DNA from: Camelus dromedarius
Lineage: Eukaryota
Length of the DNA: 64,000 bases
Reading direction: 5' to 3'
Assembly: GCF_036321535.1 (NCBI RefSeq)
Contig: NC_087447.1
Span: 40,984,001 to 41,048,000 of the forward strand
In this document: positions 36,460 through 48,134 of the stretch, piece by piece
How positions within the stretch are numbered: the first letter of the stretch is position 1
Layout: each line of letters starts with the position of its first letter
Notes under the pieces: model-generated
Told to the model about the DNA's origin: nothing
The model's database searches: none
What the model saw: the letters and a program-made list of their open reading frames with translations, nothing else
Program-made: the position numbers and the translations under genes

Positions 36460-36640
36460 GCTGATGACTTAGCAACCCCTCCATCCATGTTGTCGCCTAG
36501 GAAATAAGGTGCTTACTCACCTAGTTTGTGGTTAAACAATAACCTCAAGGAAGAGAGAAAACTCACTGGCGACTCCTGGTCCTATGCTAAGCTCCCGGAG
36601 GTGTAACTGATCCACGCCATGACAACCAGCAACGGGAACA
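36460..36640 (-). promoter_or_regulatory. Candidate promoter/first exon with RFX X-box and MYB motifs
   Basis: gtcgcctaggaaat (36492-36505), ccatgacaac (36617-36626), ttagcaac (36469-36476), cagcaac (36627-36633); TAACTG (36604-36609), CAACGG (36630-36635); minus-strand donor TAG|GTGAGT at 36521/36520. Confidence 0.45.
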
Positions 36641-37295
36641 GTCTAGAAAATAATTACAGGAGGTATGCGTTTGGTGACTAAGAGGCAGGAAGCTTAATTT
36701 CCACAGCTATACAAAGGAAGTTCAATTATTCAAGCCTTGTGGATCCCAGGCCACTTTCTGACTGAGGCCTGGTAATGATCTCTCATTTTATACAGTTGAT
36801 TAAAACAAAGCCCTCAAGCTAAATTAAACACCTGAACAAAATTTCCTGTGCCCAGAACTGCTCAAGGATAGTCTCAGTGGTCTGCTTTTGGATCTGAGTC
36901 TGTCATAAATACTCTGGGCATGATGCTTGACACATAGTAATTTATCAATAAATACTTCCTGGGATAATTAAATAAATGGGTCCAAAACTGGTGTCTCCCA
37001 TTTTTAAGAGCATTCCCTTTACACCCACGATTATTAGATATTTCATCTAAATGGATGTCGGATGCCTTCTTGTTTTCTGATCAAAAGTTAAACTTGAATT
37101 TCTCAGTCCAGTGTTCTATCCTGCAGGTATGTTTTAGGCGTGGTTAGTCCACTACTAACAATAGTACTATTTCTTATGTGGGAAACAATCTGTTAAGAAT
37201 TACATAAGATGGTCAGTGGTATTTGACATTTCTCTGGCCTCTGTGGACAAGGGTTATGTGGCCTCAATGCAGATGCTGCTTATGTTAGTGTGGAA

Positions 37296-37610
37296 CAGGG
37301 GTACACAAGCTTTTTCTGCAGAAGGCCAGACGGTAAACATTTCAGGCTTACAACTGCTCACCTCTAACACTGTAGCATGAAAGCGGCCACAGATAACGTG
37401 AAAACAAATAAGCATGACTGTGTTTCAGTAAAATCTATTTCATGGACACTGAACTCTGAATTTCAGGACATTTTTATGCATTACAAAATATTATTCTTCT
37501 GATTTTTTTCAACCAGTTAAAAATGCCAGAGAACATTCTTAGCTTCTAGGCCACACAAAAACAGGCTGCAGACCAGATCTGGCCTGTGGGCTGTGGTTCA
37601 CCGAAGGCTG
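37296..37610 (+). mobile_element. MER58B-like hAT-Charlie DNA transposon
   Basis: caggggt...aaggccagacggtaaacatttcaggctt...aaaaacaggctgcagaccagatctggcctgtgggctgtggtt. Confidence 0.85.
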
Positions 37611-38285
37611 ATTTAGGAACTACGCAAGAAGAATATTCTTTTGATGAATCAGATGGCATTTCCCAAAGAGAGAAAACAGGTATTTATTCTGCCCTGCCTT
37701 CTGTTTAATCAACACCTCAAAGTCTTGTTACTCCTCTTCAGTGAACAGGGTATCAGGATATCACCCCTTGCTATAAAAACTTGAAAAGGGCATCCCTGTA
37801 TTCATAGACATCATAGTCCAGTGCCATGAGCCAAGACTGACCTTAAGAGATGACCTACCTACTATCTAATTAATGTTGTAAAGAAGGACTACAGATCCAA
37901 CGCTTCTAAAAACAAAGTCATCATTTTGGGTAGACAGCCTCCAACATTAAACTGACTTATGGTCAATAACCCTAAGGAACAAGTTAACTAATTCAGTCAC
38001 ATAGCCATATATTTTGCAAACAATTTAGTTTAGAGACGGCGCCAGGGAAACTGTACTTCTCAAGGTTAAACGTTCCATGGGTGTTTACAGACGTGTTTTA
38101 TGAACAAGATGGGTATTTGGTCCACCTGTTTTACATTTTTTTTCCAAGCAGAAATTATTGCTGTTTGTGCTCAGATGGAGAATTCTGGGGGCTTCACTGC
38201 CCTTTTGTCTGTGCACTGGAGTGTATCCCAAGTGCTTTCTGAGGAGGATCTTGCCCCCCACCTTCAGCATTCCTCTCTGCTTTCT

Positions 38286-38568
38286 TTTTTTTTCTTTCTT
38301 TCAATTTTTGGTTGAAGTAGTTGATTTGCAATGTTAGTTTCAAGTGTACAGCACCGTGATTCAGTTATACATACATATACATTTTTTTCTTTTCAGATTC
38401 TTTTCCATCATATGTTACTATAAGAAACTGAATATAGTTCCCTGTGCTGCACAGTAGGTCCCTGTTGTTTACCTATTTTATATATAGACATGTGTGTCTG
38501 TTAATCCCCAACCCCTAATTTATCCCTCCCCACCCTTTCCCCTTTGGGAACCATGGTTTGTTTTGTTA
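38286..38568 (-). mobile_element. 5'-truncated cetartiodactyl L1 (3' UTR only)
   Basis: T-rich tail then antisense L1 3' UTR; perfect 14-bp TSD cctctctgctttct at 38272-38285 and 38569-38582. Confidence 0.93.
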
Positions 38569-39240
38569 CCTCTCTGCTTTCTATTCATGCACATGTCCTT
38601 GCCAGGCTCCTCAGCTTTCGAAGGGGACATGGATCCTGATCCTGCCAGCCAACTAGTAAGGCGGATTTGCACCAAACGCAAGTCAGCAACATGGCAATCT
38701 GTGCCACCTGCCAGGTGCCCATGAAGGAGTCTACCTGGAATCCCAGTTGGGCAGCTGGAAGACCCTTAATGATAGAGAATCACTGAAAAGATAGTCAGCC
38801 CATGAATTCTTCTCTTCCAGTGGTTCTGAGACTTTGGGAGGCTCAGAGCCACCGCTGAGCTGATGAAAATTATAGCCCCTCTCCTCGGGGGGTTAGGGTT
38901 AGTTAAAAAAGTTGTTTTATATTTTGGGAGTCCTAGTGTAAACCTGTTTTAAGTATTCTAAAACCCATTCCAAGATGAAGCCAAGCAGCAGAGATGCTTT
39001 ACCCCACCCTGTGGGAGTGTTTTTCCAGATGGTGCTTTGGGATTATCCATCAGCTCACATTCGGGGCCACTTCTGTATTTGCTATAAGGATATTGTTGAG
39101 CACACATGCCCTGCAAGTGAGGACCTGTGGAAGGGATTTCTCTCTGTGGCCTCAGTACCAATCCTATACTTCTCTTAAAGAACTGTTTTTGTTTTGCTTA
39201 TTATTTATTTTTATTTCTATATGTTGTGAATCATGTAACT

Positions 39241-39405
39241 CAGTAGGTCTCAACCCTGGCCACACATTAGAATCACAAGGGAGCTTTTCCAACATCAAGA
39301 TGCCAGCCCAGGGCAATGAAAGCATGTTCTCTGGGGCGGGGCTTGGGAGTACATTGCAGAAGCACCCCAGTGTCCCTTCTGCGCAGTCAGGGTTGAGAAC
39401 CACTG
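39241..39405. mobile_element. MER5A-like hAT MITE
   Basis: Terminal inverted repeats cagtaggtctcaac / gttgagaaccactg; internal cacattagaatcac. Confidence 0.85.
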
Positions 39406-39579
39406 ATTTTGATGACTCCTCCTTGGCATTGGCTGGTTGCTAGCAGCAAATGTACAGGGTCATGTGACTATCTCCTGCCATTATACGAGCCTTCATTATG
39501 ATGACACATTTTAAGTATGTCATTTGACACATTTTCCATTTGTTGGCACATTTCAAATGTGACTTTCTCTTGTTGCAAT

Positions 39580-40126
39580 GTGTCTTATTTCAGTTGGAAA
39601 CTGTAGAGAACCTACCTGAGCTAGCTTAAGCTACAAAGAATAGGAGGGAGGTACTGCTAGAATACAGAGTTATCTCACTGACACGGGAGGAAGTGCAGCT
39701 GGGCCATAGGAGAGACAAGAACCAGGATTGAGGGAAATACCAGAAACCAAGGCCTCCCCTCTCCCAGACTCTCTCCTCTCCAAATGCTGCATTTCTACTC
39801 TCTTTTATGCGTCTGTTCCATTCTGTCTGCCTCTATAGACTAGCTTCCTTTTCCTCCTGTGAAAACAGGTAAGTTGACACGGTCTCCTTCAGCCAGTCAG
39901 TGGACAGTGGCTGCCATCTCCAAGAACCAAGTTCAAATTCTCAGGAGAAAGACTGCAATTGACCCAGCTTGGGTCCATCACCTCCAGCAGGTCTATTCAC
40001 CCAGGGCCACGGGGGAGGCCCAGTGAAGTGCAGACATGGCTTCCAGACCTGCCACTAGAACTGAGAGAGGGAGCTCAGAGGAGGAGGTCATGAGTGAAGC
40101 AGATACCCCTAAAGATAACTCCAACA
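39580..40126 (-). mobile_element. Old MLT1 (I/J-like) LTR
   Basis: gagctagcttaagc...aaattctcaggagaaagactgcaattgacccagcttgggtc. Confidence 0.6.
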
Positions 40127-40844
40127 GCAGTATTTGTGTCAGCCACTTGAAGCCTTTCTTGAATAAGGAAGGGTGTCAACAAACAAATTGATGGAGATGT
40201 TCAACATGAATTTTATCTGGATCTGAGAATTTAGCCTTAGGATCTTTATAACAAAAGGAGAAAATAAAAAGCTTCGTACAGAGGGCAAGCAGGACCACTA
40301 TGTGCTGAGGAGGTAGAAAACAATGCACATTTCAGCATCTCCTCGAACACACTGTCCCCTGCAAAAGTCCCAAGTGAAGCCATTTCTACTGCCAAGGTAG
40401 TGCACCTGTACGTAAAATCCATGTCAGACATGATTCTGGACAACCCTTGTCATTGCACTTTCATGGCTCTTGGCCTCACTTGCCAGAACTGCTTAGAAAA
40501 AGGCTGAAAGTGGAAAGCAATAATTCCATGTTAACAGACATTACTGTTCACTGGGGTTTCACTCACATATCTGATGATGCTCAGCATTGCTGCACAAATT
40601 ATGACAAATTTCAAAGTCACTGCAACAGTCAGGTCTGGACAGGGCCTCATTTGTCAGGCTAATATCAAACAAGGCAAAATGAAGCTGGTAGTATTAGCTA
40701 TGGCAGACGTCCGTTAGGAAATAATTTCTATATGTAGAAGTAATAAAAATAACTGTCTTTTTTTTTAATAGTTATTATGTGCCAGAACCTGTGCTAAGTC
40801 ACTTTCCTTAATCCCAGTCATAACGCTATAGCGTATACAGTGAG

Positions 40845-43095
40845 ATTTTATGAACTTTATACTGATGCATAATATACTCTCCTAGTGCACACAGTATAAA
40901 TGATGAGCTCAGTCAATTTTCACAAACTAAACATACACGTGGAACCAGCACTGAGATCAAGAAACATGACCAGTACCCCAACATCCCTCTCTGGGGTTCC
41001 TTCCAGTTACTGCACCTACCTACGGGCGACCACTGTTCCAATGTCTGAGGGTATAGATTAGTTTTGTCTGGAGTAGTTTTCTCTGGTATAGATTAGTGTT
41101 GTCTGGTATAGATAGTTTTGTCTGTTTCTGTTTCTGTACAAATGGAATAATAAATAGATGTTCATTTGGGTCTGGATTTTTTCATTCAGTATTACGCCTT
41201 CAGAGTTCCATACGTATTATCACATGGATGTAGGCTGTTTATTCTCACTTCTATGCAGTATTCCATTGTATGACTGTCTCTGTCTTTTCTGATGGACGTT
41301 TGGGTAATATCCCCAGTGCTGCTACCATCACCGCAGTGCATATTGCTTGGTGAATGCATGAATGCATTTCTGTTTGGTGTATAACTAGAAGTAGCTGGGA
41401 CATGTGGTATGCATATGTTCAGCTTTATGAGACACTGACAAACAGTTTACCAAAATAATCGTGCCAATTTACACTCCTACCAGCAGTGTAGGAGAATTCA
41501 ACTTTGTTCCACATCCTCACCAGCCTTGATCTAGAACTTTCTATCTTCTTTTTAGCCATTTTGGTGGCTGTGCAGTGATACATTGTGGCTTTAATTTACA
41601 TTTCCTTGATGATTAATGAAGTTTAGTACCTTTTCATATGGTTGGTTCAGGGTTACTTTTGTCTTTCTGTTTGTTGCCATTTGGATGTTTTCTTGGTGAA
41701 GGCTTCTGCCAATTTTTCTACTGGATTGTCCTGTAATTGATTTGGAGGAGTTCTTTATATATTCTGGAAACAAGTCCTTAATTAGATCTATGTATTGCAA
41801 ATATTTTTTTTACTCTGTGCATTACCTTTTTACTCTCTTAATGATGTCTTTTAGAAAACCAAAGTCTAATTTATCAATGTATTTTTTCTTTTTCTCATTA
41901 GCAGTTTTTGTATCCTTTTTTAAAAAAAACCTTGCTTATTCAAGGGTCATGAAGAGCTTATTCTATGCATTCTTCTACAACTTTATTGTTTTATCTTTCA
42001 CATTTAGAGTTGCTCTCTATATGCATTTGATTTTGTACTTAGTGTAAAATAGGAGGAGTAAAAGTAATAGGACAGTAAAAATACTATCTTTTCAATATAA
42101 TCCACTGAGAAATATTTACTAAACAAACTATCCTCTTTCTATGTACTCCCTTAATAATAAATAATAAATAAATCCATGTAAATTTCAGAATCAGATTATC
42201 AATTTAAAAAACTTACAGAATTTTATTGGCATTATACAATCTAAAGATTAATATGGGGAGAATTGACATCTTGCAATATTGAGTTTTCCAATCCATGACC
42301 ATGGTATACCCTTTCATTTATTTAAGTCTTAATAATATTTTGGGGCTGTATCTCTTTCATTAGATCTAACCATAGGAATTTGATGTTTATTGGTGATATT
42401 ACAAATGGAATATTTATTCTAACTTTTTATTTATTAGTTGCTGATAGAAATACAGTTGATTTTTATACAGTGACCTTGTACCCAGCAACTTTGCTGATTA
42501 TACTTATTAATTCTAGTAGTTTGTGTCTTAGTTTTCTAAGACTGCTGTAACAGATTACCACAAACTTGGTGGCTTGAAGTAACAGAAATGTATTCTCTCA
42601 TGGTTCTGGAAGCCAGAGAGCCAAAATCAATTTCATTGGCTAATATGAAGGTGTCAACAGGGTTGCTCCCTCCAGAAGCTCTGGGGGAGAATCTGTCCCT
42701 CGCCTCTTCCAACTTCTGGTGGCTTCAGCATTCCTTGTGCCCATCACTGCCTCCACCTTTACACTGACTTCTGCCTGCAGGTATAGAATCTCCCTCTGCC
42801 TCCCTCTTATAAGGACCCTTATGATGGCATTAAGACCTGCTCAGACAATCCAGGATAATCTCCCCATTACAAGATCCTCAAATTAATCACATCTGCAAAG
42901 ACTTTTTTCCAAATAAGGTAACATTTCCAGGTTCCATGGATTAGAATCTGATATCTTTGAGGGTATAGAGAGCAGCAGATTTTTCACCCTACCACTGTTC
43001 ATATGTAGATTCTTCAGGATTTTCTAAGTGCACTATCATGAATAATGACAGCTTAATTTCTCCAATCTAACTTTTTCTTTTAATTTTTCCCTTTT
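40845..43095 (-). mobile_element. Old L1M LINE (3' end and ORF2 remnants) inserted into a MIR and split by MLT1
   Basis: ccagcactgagatcaagaaaca, aatttacactcctaccagcagtgtaggaga, gggagaattgacatc...atattgagt; MIR halves at about 40767-40840 and 43103-43220. Confidence 0.85.
42524..42995 (-). mobile_element. MLT1C-like solo LTR
   Basis: tgtcttagttttctaagactgctgtaacagattaccacaaacttggtggctt...ataaggtaacatt...accctaccac. Confidence 0.88.
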
Positions 43096-43399
43096 TATAT
43101 ATCAGTGAACTGTGATTTGGGGAAATTAATATAATTTGCATAAAATTCTAGTATTAGAGCTAGGATTTGAACTCATGTCTGAAAGATTCCAAAGTCTGAG
43201 TTCTTAACTACTACACTGCATTATTTCATACTAGACCATGGCCTATTACGGGCAAAAAGGTATATTAGTAGCCATTCTACACAAAAGGTATTCCAAGCAG
43301 TTGCTTTTCTTCCAACAGCCACTTCTTAGGTGCAAGATCTAATCATACTCAGGAGTGTTTATAATTTGTGGGACAAACCTTCATCCTACCTGTTTAAAA

Positions 43400-43655
43400 A
43401 GAAGGCTTTGGAGTGCAAAAACAAAAACAAAAACAAACAAACAAACACAAAAACCCTAGGTTTAAATCCCAGACCCACTACTTACCAGTTGTATGACCTT
43501 GAATAAAATACATACTTTCTCTGAGCCTCTGTGTCCTCATCTTTAAGATTGGGCTAGTAACCATAACACAGGGTTGTTGAAAGAATTAAAGTAAAACAAG
43601 CTGTGCTTCAAACATAGTGAATGCTCAATAAATAAGTTTTAGTTGCTATTATTGT
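43400..43655 (+). mobile_element. MIR SINE with internal (CAAAAA)n/(CAAA)n expansion
   Basis: ggctttggagt [CAAAAA repeats] cctaggtttaaatccca...ctctgagcctctgtgtcctcatct...atgctcaataaat. Confidence 0.8.
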
Positions 43656-43719
43656 CATGTTGTTGAATTCATTCATTCATTTATTCATTCAACAAAAACA
43701 CATTTAGCACCAAAATGCA

Positions 43720-43751
43720 AAAAGAAAAGAAAAGAAAAGAAAAGAAAAGAA

Positions 43752-43819
<68 letters not shown>

Positions 43820-43911
43820 AAAGGAAAGGAAAGGAAAGGAAAGGAAAGGAAAGGAAAGAAAAGAAAAGAAAAGAAAAGAAAAGAAAAGAAAAGAAAAGAA
43901 AAGAAAAAAGG
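43720..43911 (+). repeat. Compound polypurine microsatellite (GAAAA)n(GAAA)n(GGAAA)n(GAAAA)n
   Basis: About 190 bp of uninterrupted purines, next to an antisense L2 tail (attcattcattc...aacaaa). Confidence 0.97.
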
Positions 43912-45289
43912 ATAACACTATAATTGTCTACGGTAAACACCGAAACAAACAATCACCACATGGCTAGTAAGAGGAATGATAAAGACCTGGGAAAGCACGG
44001 TGAAAGCAAATGGCGAAGAACGAGTAACTAACTGTGGGCAGGAATGAGGGTCAGGAAGGGGTTCACAAAGGAGGCAACTTGTGAGCTAAATCCTGAAGGT
44101 TGAGGCAAAGACAAGAATACTCCAGGAAAAAGTTTATGAGATCACGGAGGCCTGATGTTGCTCTCAGCAGAGAAACAGGCTGCCTTAGCTGGGATGAGAG
44201 ACTCAAGGAGCTAAGGACTGGAGGCCAGAGACACTGAATAACTTAGAGGAGATGCCTGGCTTCAGAGCTCATGGCTTCAGAGCTTGACTGCTCAGCAATC
44301 AGGAGATGCCAGTGTCACATCCACAACATCACCGGCTACGTGCTTGTATAGTAAGAGCCATTTAGTTCGTGAACATGATTCTGTGTTCATGGGCTATAGG
44401 AGTGAGCAGGCCTGAGCCACCAGAAGTGAGTACCCTGAAGTGTGAGGTTACTGCTGCCTGGTCAGAAGACCCTGGCAAGGGGAGAGGTGAGGTGACTCAA
44501 GCCCTGAGGTGCTGAGGACAAGCCAAGCCCTCCTCCATAGCCTCTTACAGGGAAGTTCTTCAAAGAGATGGGGAACAGGGACCATGCTCAACGGCATGCA
44601 GTGGGTTCTATCTGGGAGGACACAGAGGTCAGAGTACAGCAAGTTGTTGTGTCTGATACCGGGTACCATAGACGGATAGTGAGCAGATTCAGAACCATCT
44701 CATCTGAAGAATATATGTTTAAATCAAAGCAGCATGTGGGGGAGGGTACCCAGGGAGTAGCAAGCAGCCTCTTTCCTTTCCTGAATCTCAGGGAAGACTG
44801 ACCAAACTTTCCTGTTCTACATCAGAAAGAACTAAGACCTCAGATGGCCAGACTCTGGGGGATTGAGCTTCTCGCCTACCTCCAATTCAGGTACCAAGTG
44901 TGTCCCAGTGTGGACGTTTAAAACTCGGTGGGGGACCCATCTGCTGTGCGTTGGGGTGGTGGGCTCATGGGAAAGAGTGATGTCTGGCTTGATGTCACCA
45001 GCCCCCATCCCCAGCGGCTGCATGAGACCTGTCCTGAGGGTGGCGGGGGTTGGGGTGGGCGTGCAGGAGGGCAAAGCTGGAAGCTTTCAGGCCAGAAAGA
45101 GTACACATGAGCCTTGCATCATGGGAAGGGGTCCCAGGACACCAGTGAGGATTCACACTCCATGCCTGGAGCACCACCTCGGCCTGCTCCCTGCCTGCTG
45201 GATCCCCTCTTTCTTCTACCTTCCTGAGCCCGGCATGGGTTTGTCTTTTCTGGCCAGCTAAAGGCACCCACTGGGGAGGAGCTGTGAAA

Positions 45290-45583
45290 TATGAATTGTA
45301 TAATTTGAGTGATTCCACCAAGGAGTTATATACTCTTATATTTGCATTTAAATTTGCACTGCACAATAAATAAACAGTAAAATGCATGCTAACAACTGAA
45401 AACTTTAATTTTTCTTAGAACAACATTAAATAGCAAATGAAAAACACCATGACAAGTGAGAAGAAGACCACAGAAGAAAAGGAAAATCTTTATCGATAAT
45501 AGCACTTTTTTTCCTGCCTTTGAACCTTGAGGCCCTGCATTTTCATTTTGCATTGAGCCTCACAAATTATGTAGTCAGTTCTG
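45290..45583. mobile_element. hAT-Tip100-type DNA transposon fragment
   Basis: End ggccctgcattttcattttgcattgagcctcacaaattatgtagtcagttctg resembles the MER91/Zaphod terminus. Confidence 0.6.
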
Positions 45584-45880
45584 GTTACAACTTGCTCCTT
45601 GCATAAGCCAATCCGTGTGTAAGCCTGGCAGGTGACCCTGAAACCATTGGCTAGAACCCAGTCCCACAATAATGCTACTTTCTGTGAATGCCCCGTGGTG
45701 ACTCACAGCTCAAGACTGTATATTTCTCACTTGTCTGAATGCAAAGTAAAAGTGGCTATTTTTATAGAACAAAAACTCGGGGAAAATATGGAATTCAGGC
45801 CATCTCTGTGCACTGCTGCACCTGAGACACTCAGCACACGTGATAAATCTGTCTTTAGAAACTTGCTCCTTTGCAGTTTT

Positions 45881-46632
45881 TTTTTTTAACATTTTTTATT
45901 GATTTATAATCATTTTACAATGTTGTGTCAAATTCCAGTGTTCAGCACAATTTTTCAGTTATTCATGGACATATACACACTCATTGTCACATTTTTTTCT
46001 CTATGAGTTATCATAACCTTTTGTGTATATTTCCCTGTGCTATACAGTGTAGTCTATTCTACAATTTTGAAATCCCAGTCTATCCCTTCCCACCCTCTAC
46101 CCCCCTGGTAACCACAAGCCTGTATTCTCTGTCTGTGAGTCTATTTCTGTCCTTTATTTGCGCTTTGTTTTTGTTTGTTTGTTTTTGTTTTTTAGATTCC
46201 ACATATGAGCGATCTCATATGGTATTTTTCTTTCTCTTTCTGGCTTACTTCACTTAGAATGACATTCTCCAGGAGCATCCATGTTGCTGCAAATGGCATT
46301 ATGTTGTCGGTTTTTATGGCTGAGTAGTATTCCATTGTATAAATATACCACATCTTCTTTATCCAGTCACCTGTTGATGGACATTTAGGCTGTTTCCATG
46401 TTTTGGCTATTGTAAATAGTGCTGCTATGAACATTGGGGTGCAGGTGTCATCCTGTAGTAGATTTCCTTCTGGATACAAGCCCAGGAGTGGGATTCCTGG
46501 GTCATATGGTAAGTCTATTCCTAGTCTTTTGAGGAATCTCCACACTGTTTTCCATAGTGGCTGCACCAAACTGCATTCCCACCAGCAGTGTAGGAGGGTT
46601 CCCCTTTCTCCACAGCCTCTCCAGCATTTGTC
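45881..46632 (-). mobile_element. Very young 5'-truncated L1 (752 bp) with intact ORF2 C-terminus
   Basis: Perfect 16-bp TSD gctcctttgcagtttt (45865-45880 and 46633-46648); uninterrupted frame DKCWRGCGE...HCWWEC...KYHMRSLICGI*. Confidence 0.97.
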
Positions 46633-47289
46633 GCTCCTTTGCAGTTTTGACACAGATAAATGACAAGTATTAAATCTTAAGGGAAAAGAACCAGCTGCTG
46701 TAGTTGTTGAATTACTGAGACATGAGCCTCCAGGCCTGCTGACACAAAGCACCAGCCAGAGGCCTCTTGGAAGAGGGTACAGGTGAGCTAGGAGAACGTC
46801 AAAGGTGAGCTCAGAATGTCTCTGTCTTCACCAACCCAGAGAAACTCAAGGTCACTTCTAATATCACTGGATCTGAACTTTGGAAGCCGCTGGACTTTGA
46901 CCAGTAAGAGGACCTTGTTGGGGCAAATGTCACGCTAAGCCAGCGGTTCAGAACTTAGATTGTTGTCTAACGGAATTTTTCTTTAGCCAGATTGGGAACC
47001 TGGCAAAAGAGCAAGGGCTAGAAACAGTCGCGTTTATTTATTCACCATTCAGCACAATATTGTTGGTAGGAGTCAAGGGCGAGGCTCGGCATAATACTAG
47101 AATGTCAGAGCCGAACATAGTCAGTCGATGATGCACTCCTACCACCACCACCCCTGATGTTTCTCTGTCCCAGGATGGGTCTCCTTGAGGGTAGGGGCCT
47201 TGGCTTCTTCGGTTTTACATCCCTAGTGCCCCATACACTGCCCAGTTTAGTAGGGGTCAGGGCAGTTTTTTCTTACATTAAATTCAATC

Positions 47290-47420
47290 TAACTCCTCCA
47301 TTCTTTAGATGGGAAAACCACGGTCCAGAGAGTTTTGGTGATATTCCCCAAATCACACAGCTACCTCATGGCAAAGCTGGGACCAGAACCAGGACCTTCT
47401 GACCCCAATGTGAGCTGTTT
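47290..47420 (-). mobile_element. MIR SINE fragment
   Basis: ccattctttagatgggaaaacc...cccaaatcacacagcta...tggcaaagctgggaccagaacc. Confidence 0.7.
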
Positions 47421-48134
47421 CTATTTCACACTTGGAGAGAAAATTGGTATCGTTTTCTCTGAAGGTTATATACACTCCATATGGATAGGGAAGAATCTCA
47501 ACAATGATCTGCTTGCTGAAATGTTAGCAGAGGTGAGGTCTGGAGAAGGGTGGAAATGCGGGAGCTAAGACTGGTCACCACAGTGAAGCTTGACAGTTGC
47601 TCAGACGAGGAAGCTCCAGACCCTTAGCTTATGGGGAACTGCTCCCAGAGGCAGAGGTGAGAGCAGGAAGGTAACCAACAGGAGGAAGAGCCAGGCACCC
47701 GTCTCAGAGCTCGCCATGGATTAACTCATTAATCCTCCTAACGAGCCAGCTATTCTTACTTCCACTGGACTGAAATTCAGGACAATTTGCCAGCGAAAGA
47801 TGGAATCAGTCTTTTAACCCAAGAGTCTGAGGCTTCCCTCTCAGCCCTTTTGCTCAGGTAAAGGGAACATCCTCCAAGAACAAAGTCCTTAGGAAGAGGT
47901 AAGTCCTGACCCCCTCCCATGGCAGCAGAAGCCAAGTACCAGCCACTGGAAAGAGCCCACCCCCACCCCACCCCCACCCCAGCACTGTCCCTGGACTTCT
48001 CCTTTCCCTGGGGCCACTGCCTGAACTCGTCAGACTTAGAGCCGGATCCCAACCTCCTCAAACACTCGCCATCCCGTCACCCTCCCACAAAGGAGTGACA
48101 GTGCAGGGCACCCACAGAGCCCAAGTTCCCTGCG

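Noticed and set aside
40246..40443. 65-aa minus-strand ORF as a further exon of the candidate gene
   Set aside because: Weak splice signals, no recognisable similarity, and it lies upstream of the proposed promoter
43685..43952. Lys/Arg/Glu-rich and Phe/Ser/Leu-rich ORFs
   Set aside because: Translations of the purine microsatellite
47126..47157. C/D box snoRNA (gatgatg...ctga)
   Set aside because: Boxes only about 20 nt apart and no terminal stem; too short
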